Of a DNA stretch of 64,000 bases, positions 32,150-45,100 are shown in pieces (position 1 is the stretch's first letter; each line of letters opens with the position of its first letter). The stretch comes from Macrostomum lignano (Eukaryota). The stretch spans positions 681,480-745,479 of the forward strand of contig NIVC01000068.1 of the NCBI GenBank assembly GCA_002269645.1, written 5' to 3'. The notes beneath the pieces are model-generated. The model did not search any database and had not been told where the DNA came from. It saw only the letters and a list, made by a program, of their open reading frames with translations. The translations under genes were made by a program, and so were the position numbers.

Positions 32150-34900
32150 TTAGAGTTCAGTCTTTGTCACTTGTACATCAGCTGGTCGGGAGGTGCCCGG
32201 TTGCGTCCAGACCGGCGGAGCTCGGAACCGGCGGTTCGGCTACGGCCGTCGGCGCCGAACTGGCCTTCGGCAGGACCAGGTCTTGCGACGTTGGCGGAGC
32301 GCTTCAAACTCTGCAGGGCCTCTCAGCTAACCCATTGGACGCCGGGTGGTACGGTGGGGTACTCACATGACGAACGCCGTTTTGGAGACAGAATTCGCAG
32401 AATACACTGCTCACAAAGCACGACCCATTGTCCTTCACCACGACCTCCGGTAGGCCGTGCGTACAGAAGCTCTGCCGCAGCTTCTCTGCTGTTGTCGCCG
32501 CTATCCGCTGACAATGTCACGTGGACGTCAAGCCGCTTTGAGTAGGCGTCAGAGCCTGCATAGTCGATATGAAGCCGCGTCCATGGTCAAGTAGGCAGAG
32601 GCCAGGGCTGCAGCGATACCGGAGATGCTTCCCGTTGATTTCGCTGACATTCAGAACAAGACGCTACCATCGACTCGATTTCCTGATCAATGCCTCGCCA
32701 CTAAACATGGCTTCGGCCAGCGACTTCATACTAGAAGAACCCAGATGACTCTGGTGGAGGCACTGAAGCAACTGAACGTGATCCGCTGGTAGGATAATGA
32801 TGCGGCTACCCCAGAACAGGCAGCCATCTTGCACAGAAATTTCCTTGGATCAGCGACTGTATTGCAGCAGCTCCGGCGACACGGTCTCAGGCCAACGAGT
32901 AAGGCAGAATCGAACGACCTGCGACATCATGGGATCCCGCCGTGTCCAACTGCCGATGTCCTCAGAACTGACAGGACCAGAATCCAGACTGTCTATTAGC
33001 AGGACGATCTCTCTGGGCACGGGAGTCGGCGCTGGAAGACAGCCAAGCGCATCCGCCCTCAGAAGCGAAGAGCCACTGCAATGCACCAGCTTTGTACTGA
33101 TATGCTGACAGCAGCAACGCCCACCGCTGCACTCGGCCAGATGCCAACGGCAGATTTGCTTGCCTTAACCGAGGAGCCGAGGCAGAGGTCGATGATCCGT
33201 TAACAGGCTGAACTCGAGGCCTAGGAGGTACTGGTTGAATTTCTTGACTCCGTACACCAGTGCGAGCTCCTCCTTCTCCAGCTGGCAATAGTTCCTCTCG
33301 GCTGAACTCGGGGTCCGGCAACCGGCTTGTCCAGACCGCCGACCCGATGGAAGATTACGGCTCCTATTCCGTAGTCCGAAACGTCGCACTCCAAAAAAGC
33401 TCCTCTGCTGCATCATAGTGAGCCAGGACGTTCGGAATTGGACAAGAAGACGCTTGCAGGTGTCGAAAGCCGTCTTTTGCGACTGTCCCTAGTTCCTTGT
33501 TGAGCAGCTGGTGAAGGGGACTCAAGACTGTCTACAAGTTAGGCAGAAACTTTCCGTAGTAATTCAAGAGACCCAGAAAACTCGGCAGCGGCGTCGGATC
33601 CGTTGGCTCACATCCGCTATGGCTTGGACCTTGTCCTTCAGCGGATGAAGGCCTTCCGAGTCAATGCGGTGTCCCAGGTACACCACAGAATCCTGCATGA
33701 ACGCGCACTTCCATCCATCATGACTCTCTGGAACATGCTCGGCGCCGTCGATACACCAAATGGAAGCCCCGAGTATCGAAGAAGCTCCAATCGCGTGTTC
33801 ACTGTGCAGAGCTCCTGAGCTGCAGTGTCGATGGGCATCTGTGAGAAGGCCTGATTCAGATCCAGCTTGAAAAACTTCTTACCTCCGGCGGGAGTCTCGA
33901 GAATAATTCATTGATGTTCTTCGGCGAGTACGTGTCCGAATTACATGTAATATGAGGCATTGACGATCTGTTTAAAATCAGCGCAAACCCGAATGCTGCC
34001 ATCCGATTTCATTACAGGAACGATCGGCGACGCCCATTCTAAGGACTTCACGGGGTACAGCACTCCCTGTTGCACCTTCTTGTTCTGCTGCTGTTCGACG
34101 TTGGGCTTCAGCTAGAACGCAATGGGGCGAGCCTTTGCTGAACCGAAGCTTGGCATCCGGCTTCAGCTCTATCGAAAGTGGCGTGCCTTTGAATGTACCG
34201 AGATCACCAAACATCCTCAGTGAATTCGTCCAGTATAGTCCTTGCCCTTTGGTGTCGGTGGCGGACTTCAGCTGTTTGATGGACTGCCAGTCGAGTTGCA
34301 GCTGCGCAGCCAGTAGCGGCCGAGCGGCTGAGCAGACTTGGGCCGCTGCCCTCCACAACGAGCAGGGGAATTGGGATGGACTCCTCTGAAACCAACTTGC
34401 TGACGGGCAATTCCAAATTAATTTCCGAGCACTTTAACGGAGTGTCTGGAGTATTTGGTCAGCTGGGCAGTTGATGGGCGCAACTCGGAGCCGCCGTGCA
34501 GGACATCCTTGTATAGATGCGCTCCGATTTCAGCGACACGGAAGCTCCAGCTAGTGTCAACCCTCCATATCCGACACGGATGTCCGTCCATTAAAACAGT
34601 TGTGATGATCGGGAGCACAGTTTCACTGCTCGCGGAGGCAAAACCAAGTTGGTGCAAATAGTACGGCTGGTCTTGATCCTTCTTGATGGTTGTCGCCTCA
34701 GAAACTTGATTGGCCACTTGCTGAGGCTATTCTAAAGCCCTAGCCACGTGTTAATTTTTCTGACACCGGAAAAATTTCTGTCGAGCAAGTCAACAACGCG
34801 GCACTCTATCGCCGCGCTGGCCTGCCACGTCCAAGCGATCTATACTGCGCCGTCGGCGACTCCAGCTCGCAGGCCATCTCATCCGCGCCGAGTCGTTCTG
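32150..34900 (-). pseudogene. Decayed Ty3/Gypsy retrotransposon pol (PR-RT-RNase H-IN), frameshifted and internally deleted
   Basis: Minus-strand fragments in Gypsy order: protease (GHPCRI..VDT), RT (WASPIVPVMKSDGSIRVC; KLDLNQAF; LPFGVSTAPSMFQRVM, YxDD region missing), RNase H ([40 protein letters not shown]), integrase (WxRLHIDYAG; HGLPEVVVKDNG; PYHPASNGLAER). No LTR pair found. Confidence 0.88.
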
Positions 34901-35056
34901 CCCACAGCCGGTGCAGGTGTAGTGTGAGCATCTTTTGCGTGTATTTTGTTAGTTGGTTGATTGTGTTGGGTTCTATATTGTTATTGAATTATTATTTTGC
35001 TTTAGTTTAGTCACACGTTTTTGATGGACTTTTTCTTGTTAGTTAAAATCTAAAAT

Positions 35057-36064
35057 TGTAAACAGGTTAGAAGTCAAACGCAAATCTGTGACTCAGCGGA
35101 GGGTTGAGTTCTCTGCGAACCCCGGCTTTGCGCGGCCAGCCAATCAGAACCGGCCTGGACCCTGGCACGCGGCAAGTTCCAGTTCTACCCGGCGCCGCGG
35201 GCACAGTGCAATTCGGCTTAAGCAAGCGGCCGGCCAGACGACCACCACCCGGCTTGAGGGGGGTTTGACTCTGACTATATATGAAAGTGTGTTTGGCAAT
35301 CAGATCTCACTTTTCCTTCTTCTCTCCTTCTGCCCGGTCCTTGGTTTTGTTCAGCTTCCCGGCCGGTGGCCTGTTTCCCTTTTTTTGGTTCGCGCTTTGA
35401 GGCGTTTTGATTTCATCACCCCGGTCCATACTTTGTTCCCTTGCCCAACCGCTTCAGTCTTGTGGCGTAACGTCTACGGCAAATCCTTGTCTGAAGTCGT
35501 CGCTGTCAAGCGCGGTTAGATAGAGACTGTCGGATCTGATCAAGTACGCGGCCTCGACCCCGAGGGCCTCAGTGTCACACTGAAGGGCAGTGCCGATAGA
35601 ATTTAGTCGGTACTCCGTTGAACGGTCGGTTCGGCAGGGCTCTCGTTCGAGAGTAGGTTCTGGTTTAGGCCAGGGGTTAGGAGTCTTCTCCGTGGTCGTG
35701 TTCGGTTCTTCCTTTTCCTCAGCTGAGATCCGCTTGCCAGTTGCGTTATTAATTTATTATCGCTAATCGTTATTACTCGTTATCATTGCAGTGTCAATTT
35801 ATCTGCGCCGTGAATCGTGTTGAGAATCTTGTAACTTTACTAATCAAATTAAACCGTCGATCAAGTTTAGCTATTCTAATAGGATTATCACTCTCTAAAT
35901 CTATTCGGTTCGTGTTCCCTCTTGTTCTTTCTTTTCTTGTACTGTACCTGTGACTATTGGAGAAAGACTGGTAGGACTCGCCGACCGGCGATAGGCAATT
36001 AGGGCCATAATAGCTTTAAAATCTCCGAACGCTCCAAAAATAGGTTTGTCTAGGGCCTAAATCA
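35057..36064 (+). mobile_element. GC-rich LTR-like or promoter-like segment
   Basis: Begins TGTAAACA, with a CCAAT motif (gccaatcag ~35138) and a TATA-like ctatatatga (~35275). No TSD, PBS or partner LTR established. Confidence 0.25.
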
Positions 36065-38768
36065 TTGCTTACCGTGCATGCTATTTATCTAATTGCCTCT
36101 TTTCATCACACAGGAGTGCTGCTGCTCACGCTGCAGGCACCCTACCGGCGAGGTCAAGCGCGAACTCGGCGTTACGTCGACTGTCTGCTAGCGACGCCGG
36201 CGCCCCGGACACTGCCGGTGGCGCGGCCTTTGTTCGCGCCCAAGCCATGAAGCGCGCCCTGTGACGCTGACTTTTGTCATCCTGACAGCGTATTTTTTTG
36301 TTGTTGTTGTTGACACCGCGAAGCACTGCTTGTCGATGAACGCGCACACTTTTGGGACATGTCCTTGTCGACAGGGGCCTGCCGGATCGCCGAACTATTG
36401 CTCGAACTATATAATGAGCTCTCACGCACACGCGCTCTCGAAAAAGCTGGGAGGGGCAGGCGCTGGGTCTGGTGTATACATAATGTAATTACATAGTAGT
36501 ACACATCAGAAGTCTACAAGAAGCTCTCAATCTGATGAGAAAAAATACTTGCCAGCGACGACCATCGACCTCGAGCACGTCTGATACATCGGTGGACTTG
36601 AAATGTTGCACTGGATTTGCACTATATTATGGTTTTTTAGTAAAATCTGTAGCTTAGTGCACAGTGCAAAACAGTATAACATGTGTACATGTACATGTAG
36701 CGAATGAATTGTACTTATAATATATAAATTCACACAGGCACATACTAAAGCTGTCGTTTTAATATACCATTAGCACAATTTATGTAAAGTACCCATTTGC
36801 CATCGACGTTAGATGAATGTTGCAGGCCGAAAGTAGAAAATACAGTGTACAGATACCATTTGTAACATTTAACATTATTTTAGGCCATGCCGCGTTCTTT
36901 CTGTACAATTGCACACAAAAACTTCTAAATTACTTAATAACTGAAAATTTCGCGTTAAATTTTGAAGAAAGATGGTAAAATTTCGGCACCCCTTCGAAGC
37001 AAAGACTCACCACGTGATTGTGGTATTTCAATTTTATTACGAAATTGCATGTTATAAGAAAATAGTATTGCTTAAACACTATAAACTACCAAGAAACGGC
37101 TGTTATAAGTATTAAAAACTGCTATGTGGTATAGGTTTTAATATTAGGCTGTAATAAATATTACTTCTGCAGCTAGTTGCACTGTTTATATGTTGGCTTT
37201 TAAGTATCGGTTTAGCTGGTATTCCCGCGAGCCCTAATTGGTCAGTGGGGCTGAGTGGGCCAGATTCAGACCTGAAATATCACTCCTGACCCTAGCAGAG
37301 AGACTATAATTGATTTGAAATAGTCAATTCTTAACATACTTCTATCTCCGGTGTAAAATTGCCAGAAATCTCTGGCATAGCCATAAGTCTAATCTTAAAT
37401 AAGCTTTGGTGTAGTAAATTATTAGCATAACATAAGAAACAAATGGAAGAATGAACTGGCATAAAAACAAATACTAGAGAGACATATATAATTTTTAGGC
37501 ACAATTGCATTTTATTTAAAGAAAAGAAAATTTATATATATAAAGATTATATTTTACCATTTTTAATATAAAAAATATGAATTATGATGTTATAATATGT
37601 TGGCCTAAACTCTAGAAATCTTGCCACAAACCAACAACTTTTTAGGGCTATCCTGCAGAATCATTATTATTGTTACTGATAATAAATTTAGATATTTTAT
37701 TTTATATTTTCTCATTTTTATTTCAAAATAAAAATGTATTAAACTTTTAAATATAAAACCTCTATCTATCCTAGGCACAGATCAAGAAAATTTTTGAGGG
37801 GGAGAGGCAACTGGGCAAGCTATACCCTACAACCCAATATTGGAAAATAGACCTATTATAGTTGTAGGCCAAAAAGTATAGCCAACTTTTTAGCTGCAGC
37901 TAGGGGGGGATCATTGGCCACTTGCCCTCCCTCTAGATCAGCTCTTGTTTTATCCAAGGAATACATTATCATTGCTTGTTTTATGCTACATAACTTAATA
38001 ACTATATTATTTAATTGCTATTGATAGGCCTACTTTTTACCTAATTATCTACAAACCTAATGTATTTATCTACCCATGTTAGTGTAAAATTATAAATCTT
38101 ATATAACAATCTATCAATTTTTTATAGTATAAGCCTAAATCTAAAATTTAATATGGGATATACATTATTCATTTGTGTATATATTAAAATATTTTTTTAT
38201 TAAAGAATGCAGTTATATTTAAACATAAATTTGACATAAATTATGCATTATGATACTTTGTAAAAGATAGGGCCTAGGCCTAACATAATATTTGCTGTAT
38301 TATTAAGTTAAATTGCTTGAATAAAAATGCTTGTGGCAATGCTAGTTGCATATAAAAAGTAATATTTTATTACCAGTGTATACATATTTTTATATAGTGT
38401 ATAAACTAGTAGTCTAGTTCTCCCTTTAAGGTAGCTAAGGGCCTAATAGGCCTACAGAAGGGACAATTTTAAAATTTATTTATATGAATCTTACTTGCCT
38501 TGAAATCATAGCAATTCCTCCAGTAAGCCTTGAAATCATAGCAATTCCCCTAATAAGCCCTAATATCTTAGTTATTCCCTTAGTAAGCTTTGGTATTTGG
38601 CATGTTTGACATGCGCAACTTTTATATTAAACATTAATAAAAAACTTTTAATATAAAACTATGCTACTAAGATTCAAACACAGGTTGCTACATTAGTAGT
38701 TTAGTCTAGTTATATCTAGGCTAGCTCTCATTGAATTTATAAAATGAATTGTAGCACTTATAATCCAA

Positions 38769-39727
38769 CAAGCTGTTGAAACCCGCGGATTTTGAACCCG
38801 GGAATTCCAATACCTGGAACTACTTTTGCATGTATTCTGAAATCTAAGGCCATACACAAACAAATTAATGTTAGTAGGATAGAGGTAGAAATAAAATGGA
38901 GCACATTCGTGTAAAATTAGGGTTTGAGGCAAACGTTGATATTGTTTGCTGGGGTACTCCACAGAATGCCAGGCAATGTCTGTCTGACTCTAAAACATGT
39001 ATTGGCAAACTCTGGCCTCTCCCTGACTCTCCCTACGTCCCTTGGATCCTTTAAAATTTCTATCGTCTCTTCTGTTTCCTTTCTTCTCTCTCATCCCTCG
39101 TCTCTCCTCTCTCTTCTCTCCTCTCTTCTCTCGTATCTTCCCTCATCTCTCTTCTCTTTCATCTCTCTTATCTCATCTCTTCCCTATTCTTTTCTCTCTC
39201 CTCTCCTCTCTCCTTTCTACTTTTCGTTTTCTCTCTGCTCTCCTCTCTCCTATCTACTCTTTCGTTTTCTCTCTCCTCCTCTCTCCTCTCTCCCATCTTC
39301 TTTCGTATATTACCTCATCTTTATTCTCTTTCATATCTCTTATCTCATCTCTTCCCTCTTCTTTTCTCTCTCCTCTCCTCTCTCCTCTCTACTTTTTCGT
39401 TTTCTCCCTCCTCTCCTCTCTCCTCTCTCCCCCTCTTCTCTCGTCTCTTCCTTGTCCTCTCTATTCTTTTCTCTCTTCTCCTAACTCTCTCATCTCTCCT
39501 CTCTACTCTTTCCTCTCTCTCTCCTCTCTCCCCTCTTCTCTCGTCTCTTCCCTCACCTCTTTCCTCTCTCTCTTTCCTCTCATCGATATTTTCTTGTTTT
39601 ATCTCTTCTCTCTCCCCTCGTCGCTCGTCTCTTCCCTCACCTCTCTTCTCTCTCGTCTGCTCTTTCATCTCTCCTTTCTCTTCTTTTATCTTTTCTCTCT
39701 TATCTCTTCTCGTTTCTCTCTGCTCTG

Positions 39728-39811
<84 letters not shown>

Positions 39812-41655
39812 TATCTCTCCTCCTCTCTCTACTCTCTCCCCTCTCAATTCTCCTCTTTCCTCTCCTCTCTCCTCACTCACTTCTCTACCTTTGTCTCTCC
39901 TCTCTCCTCTCGTCTCTGTAACCTCTCCTCTGTTCTCTCTACTCTCCCATCTCATCTCTGCTCTCTCCTCTCTACTCGCTCCTCTACTCTCTCCTCTTTA
40001 CTCGCTCTTCTACTCTCTCCTCTTTACTTGCTCCTCTCTACTCTCTCTCTCTCTCTCTCTCTTCTCTGTCTTTCTCTCTTATCTCTCCTCCTCTCTCTAC
40101 TCTCTCCCCTCTCAATTCTCCTCTTTCCTCTCCTCTCTCCTCACTCACTTCTCTACCTTTGTCTCTCCTCTCTCCTCTCGTCTCTGTAACCTCTCCTCTG
40201 TTCTCTCTACTCTCCCATCTCATCTCTGCTCTCTCCTCTCTACTCGCTCCTCTACTCTCTCCTCTTTACTCGCTCTTCTACTCTCTCCTCTTTACTTGCT
40301 CCTCTCTACTCTCTCCTCTCATAGTCCTCTCTCCCTCATCTCTCCTATTATCTTTTATCTTTTCTTTTATCCCCTCTGTCGCTTCTCCTCTCTTCGAATC
40401 GTCTATTCCTTCTTCTTTCCACTCTCATCTGCCCCTCAGCTATAAGCTGGATTCTTTATCTGGCCTTTGAGGTAAAAGTCTGCCCAGCCCTGCTTGAAAA
40501 GCCAGTTTGTGGGACGTAGTACTCTCATGGTTGTTCTCATGCTTTGATCACGTCATCTTTCTTGCCAATTTGCAGCCCTGAAAGGAATTTGTGTATCTTC
40601 AGCTCCACTGCAGTCTGCATCAGTCTAACAACCAAGGAAATACGCATTTCTTAGAAGGCCATTTAATATTTACACAGTACCTTTAAAAGAAACCTAAAAT
40701 TTCCATGGTGTGCCTAATTTAGTAGGGTTGTATTGCATTGCATCGCATCGCCTTTTCATAAATCTTTCGCTTTTACAAACCATGCTGGATAGTGGATTCC
40801 CTCGATTTGCCAATTGCCAATTGCCATCCACTGTTAAACTGCTGCAGAGTTTGCCAATACAGAGGGGAGGGCAGTGGTTAGAATTTCTCACTAAACTGTT
40901 ATGGCTAAACGTAGCCTCTCCACTCTCGGGGTGCAGAGAAGGTTATAAATAAAGTTATTCCAAAACACTGTACATTTGCTATGTACATTCAGTCCTATCG
41001 CCTGACCCTTCGTCTGGCTCTGGGGGAATGAGTGAGTGAGTGGCACAAACAACAGAAAAAGCAGACAAACTTCACATGCTTACAGTTTCTTTTTCGGTTG
41101 AGTTAAAGAGTTGAAACTTTACATTTAGACAGAGAATGAGTCAATGAAGAATTGTGTCAAGTTTGAAGTCAATCGCTTTACGTGGAGCAAACTTATGGCA
41201 GCTGAAAGTTAGTCAATTTTGAAACCCTTTTACACATCTGAGCCCAGATCGGGAAAGAGAGGCAGGCGGGCGGAGGTTGGGGTGGTTGCTACGCTGAAAA
41301 AAACAGCCTAACTTTAAAAGTGCACAGCACCGCTCAGGATTAACTTGGAGACTCGAAATTTTACATGATTGTGCCAAAATAGTTAAAGATTATCTGTGTC
41401 AAATTTGAAGAGAATCGGTAGAAGTGGAGCGGCGCTATGGAGGATTAAGTGAAAAAATCGCGCATTTTGAGCAGTTTTTTGTACTTTTAGGTAGGAAGAC
41501 TTGAGTCTGGGAAATTTAAAGGTAGCCTAAGACATTCTCCGTAGTGCGTTTAGGGTGGGTGTAAAGTTTGGTGTAATTTGGTTGAGTGGTTTGGGAGTCC
41601 ATAGCGAAGTAATTTGTCCACAGACAGACAGAGTTTTGATTTTTATAGGTAGAGA
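38769..41655 (-). mobile_element. Non-autonomous Helitron-like element C (~2.9 kb)
   Basis: Minus-strand 5' end A|TCTCTACCTATAAAAATCAAAACTCTGTCTGTCTGT at 41655. 3' hairpin aaaatccgcgggttt then CAACAGCTTG|T at 38769 (CTTG rather than CTRR). Inserted at an AT dinucleotide with no TSD. Confidence 0.6.
39040..40440. repeat. CT-rich low-complexity tract with a (CT)n microsatellite and an internal ~280-bp duplication
   Basis: (CT)n at ~39735-39797; ~39795-40035 is repeated at ~40063-40320. Source of the spurious Leu/Ser and Glu/Arg ORFs. Confidence 0.95.
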
Positions 41656-42143
41656 TATTCCTGCTATTAGAGTAAATGTCACATGTAAGCAGTTATGACA
41701 TAATCACAATTTAAATTAATACACAATCTAATTTAAATTGGTTACACAATCTAAATCAATTCTTGTGCTATGCTTCCACATTGTGTTTTCAATACTGATG
41801 CAATTCAAGTTAGAACCTAGCATAAAAGAGGAAAAACTTTTATAAGTAACCAACTAATAAAAAGAAAACATTTAAATTTTTTGTAGTACAAGACAATGAG
41901 GTATATTGCATTTTTGTGGAAAACAATTTAAACAATGTCACACTGACTACGTAAAACTTAGGTTGCATATGAGTGTTATGGTGTGTTATTCAATAGAATC
42001 CTAATACCAAAAATATTTCTTTTATCCTAATGCAATCAATAAATCATACAAAAGATTCAATACCTAATTTTTTGGCTCTAGATATTTTAGCTTTAGTTAT
42101 GTTACTGTTACTCACATCCTTACAGCAGGCCAAGCCACTGACA

Positions 42144-45100
42144 ATGTCAGACCAAACACCAACCAGTAATGCCCACTTGGATGAGCCGCAGTCTGATCTG
42201 TCAGATAATAACTCTTCTTCCGCTGTTGAAGCAGCTGAAGCATTGCCCGAATCGCCATTAAATAAAGCTCGAATCCCAGCTGCCCTGATGCCCAACAGGT
42301 CCAGTGTGGCCTGTCAGACTGGAGAAAAGGGCGAGGACAAGAAGCAAAGGGGTCACCCATTGAGCTTCCTGGATGCCGATCCGCAGGCTCTGGGTCAGGC
42401 CTATCCCAATCCGGCTATGGATAAAATGTTTCAAGACCTCGAGCGCACCATAATGGAATCTACTAAAGGCATTGACGAGATGAACCAGCGAATGGAGCAG
42501 GAGAGGAAAGATCAGGAGCGGGTTCGCGACACCAAACACGTGCCGTTGCCATTGAAGAGCGCCGGTCGGAGTATGGACAGCTTAATGGAGGACCTGTGCT
42601 CCATGCTGTTTGACTTGAATGGCGACAGCGGTCGGAGGCCGAAGCTGCGCTACTTGGATCAGCGCGCCAACGCTGTGCTGTGCTGTCAGAGTCTGGCCGC
42701 TTGGCTATCGAGTGGCGGCTTTGGGAGCGGCTTTGCTAAACGACTGCAGGTTGTGCAATTTCATTGGTTCTTAGTGATTGCCATTCCATTCATTGGGGTC
42801 TTCTTAATTTAGCTGCGAAACAAGAGATATCTAATTGCATCTAAAGACTACACGTTAAGCTAGCATATCTCTACTTTTGTAGGATTGTTCTACAGATTCT
42901 GTAAGCTTGTAGGATTGATCTACAGATTCTGTAAGCTTGTACTATTGTTCTACAGAATCTGTAAGCTTGTAGGATTGTTCTACAGATTCTGTGTAAGCTT
43001 GTAGGATTGATCTACAGGATCTGTATAAGCTTGTATTGATCTACGGATTTTGTAAGCTTGTAGGATTGATCTACAGATTCTGTAAGCTTGTAGGATTTAT
43101 CTACAGGATCTGTATAAGCTTGTAAGCTGTAGGCTTTTAGGATTGTTCCACAGATTCTGTAAGCTCGTGGGATTGGTCTACCGAATCTGTAGGTTCATAG
43201 AGTTGATCTCTAGAATCTGCTAGTCTCGTAGCACTGATCTACAAAATCTACAGCTCAAGCTACACGTCATGCAACGCTTTTTATAAACTATTTTTATTGC
43301 TTTATCTCAAGTTGATTCAGTAATGTCACTAATGCTACTATCAGTAGGGCTATTGAGGCAGTCGCTATAAATTTTCTTTCGCTTGAACCTCGCCGCACCC
43401 AGGCTGACCTATCGGAATGGATACCGAAAGTGTGGCGCCTCGGAGGCGGCGAGCTGGCCTTCCACATGGACAAGCGGGACAGCCTCGTGCTGGCCTGTCG
43501 CCGAGCACTGCTGTCAAGATTTCCCAACCTGCTGGAGACCGGATTCGAGTGCCTGTTCAGCAAGCCGCCAGTGATCTATCTGCATCCGACTACTTCAACA
43601 AATCTGATGAATTATTTGTCTTGCCAATTGTGCTTGCCGAAGACTTGCTTTCGTATTGTGAGCGTCTTAGAACAACCTTTTTTGTTATTAGCTCCCCCCT
43701 TGATCCTATCTCGGCGCCCCGTATAAATACCTATTTGGCACTCCTAGAAATCTCTATTTGGCACCCTTAGAAATCCCTATTTGGCACCCTTAGAAATCCC
43801 TATTTGGCACCCTTAGAAATCCCTATTTGGCACCCTTAGAAATCCCTATTTGGCACCCTTAGAAATCCCTATTTGCTATCCTTAGAAATCCCTATTTGCT
43901 ATCCTTAGAAATCCCTATTTGCTATCCTTAGAAATCCCTATTTGCTATCCTTAGAAATCCCTATTTGCTATCCTTAGAAATCCCTATTTGCTATCCTTAG
44001 AAATCCCTATTTGCTATCCTTAGAAATCCCTATTTGCTATCCTTAGAAATCCCTATTTGCTATCCTTAGAAATCCCTATTTGGCACCCTTAGAAATCCCT
44101 ATTTGCTATCCTTAAAAATCCCTATTTGGCACCCTTAGAAATCCCTATTTGCTATCCTTAGAAATCCCCATTTGCTATCCTTAGAAATCCCTATTTGCTA
44201 TCCTTAGAAATCCCCATTTGGTATCCTTAGAAATCCCTATTTGCTATCCTTAAAAATCCCTATTTGGCACCCTTAGAAATCCCTATTTGCTATCCTTAGA
44301 AATCCCCATTTGCTATCCTTAGAAATCCCTATTTGCTATCCTTAGAAATCCCCATTTGCTATCCTTAGAAATCCCTATTTGCTATCCTTAAAAATCCCTA
44401 TTTGGTATCCTTAGAAATCCCTATTTGCTATCCTTAGAAATCCCTATTTGCTATCCTTAGAAATCCCTATTTGCTATCCTTAAAAATCCCTATTTGGTAT
44501 CCTTAGAAATCCCTATTTGGTATCCTTAGAAATCCCTATTTGCTATCCTTAGAAATCCCCATTTGGTATCCTTAGAAATCCCTATTTGGCACTCCTAGAT
44601 TCATAGAAATCCCTATTTGCTATCCTTAGAAATCCCTATTTGGCACCCTTAGAAATCCCTATTTGCTATCCTTAAAAATCCCTATTTGGCACCCTTAGAA
44701 ATCCCTATTTGCTATCCTTAGAAATCCCCATTTGGTATCCTTAGAAATCCCTATTTGCTATCCTTAGAAATCCCTATTTGCTATTCTTAGAAATCCCTAT
44801 TTGGCACCCTTAGAAATCCCTATTTGGCACTCCTAGAATCATAGAAATCCCTATTTGCTATCCTTAGAAATCCCTATTTGGCACCCTTAGAAATCCCTAT
44901 TTGCTATCCTTAGAAATCCCTATTTGGCACTCTTAGAAATCCCTATTTGGCACTCCTAGAATCATAGAAATCCCTATTTGCTATCCTTAGAAATCCCTAT
45001 TTGGCACCCTTAGAAATCCCTATTTGCTATCCTTAGAAATCCCTATTTGGCACTCTTAGAAATCCCTATTTGGCACTCCTAGAATCATAGAAATCCCTAT

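Larger units (their letters stand above)
38480..41820 (-). mobile_element. Diverged fragment of a Helitron-B-related element, split by a nested Helitron
   Basis: 38640-38768 matches 15440-15605, and 41665-41800 matches 15620-15790. 38500-38620 is the reverse complement of the gggaattgct-type repeats in element A. Confidence 0.6.

Noticed and set aside
31960-35080. LTR pair flanking the Gypsy remnant
   Set aside because: 31960-32150 and 34900-35080 share only compositional similarity. No TG..CA pair, PBS or TSD found.
39042-40470. 467-aa Leu/Ser ORF and (RE)n ORFs
   Set aside because: CT-rich low-complexity DNA.
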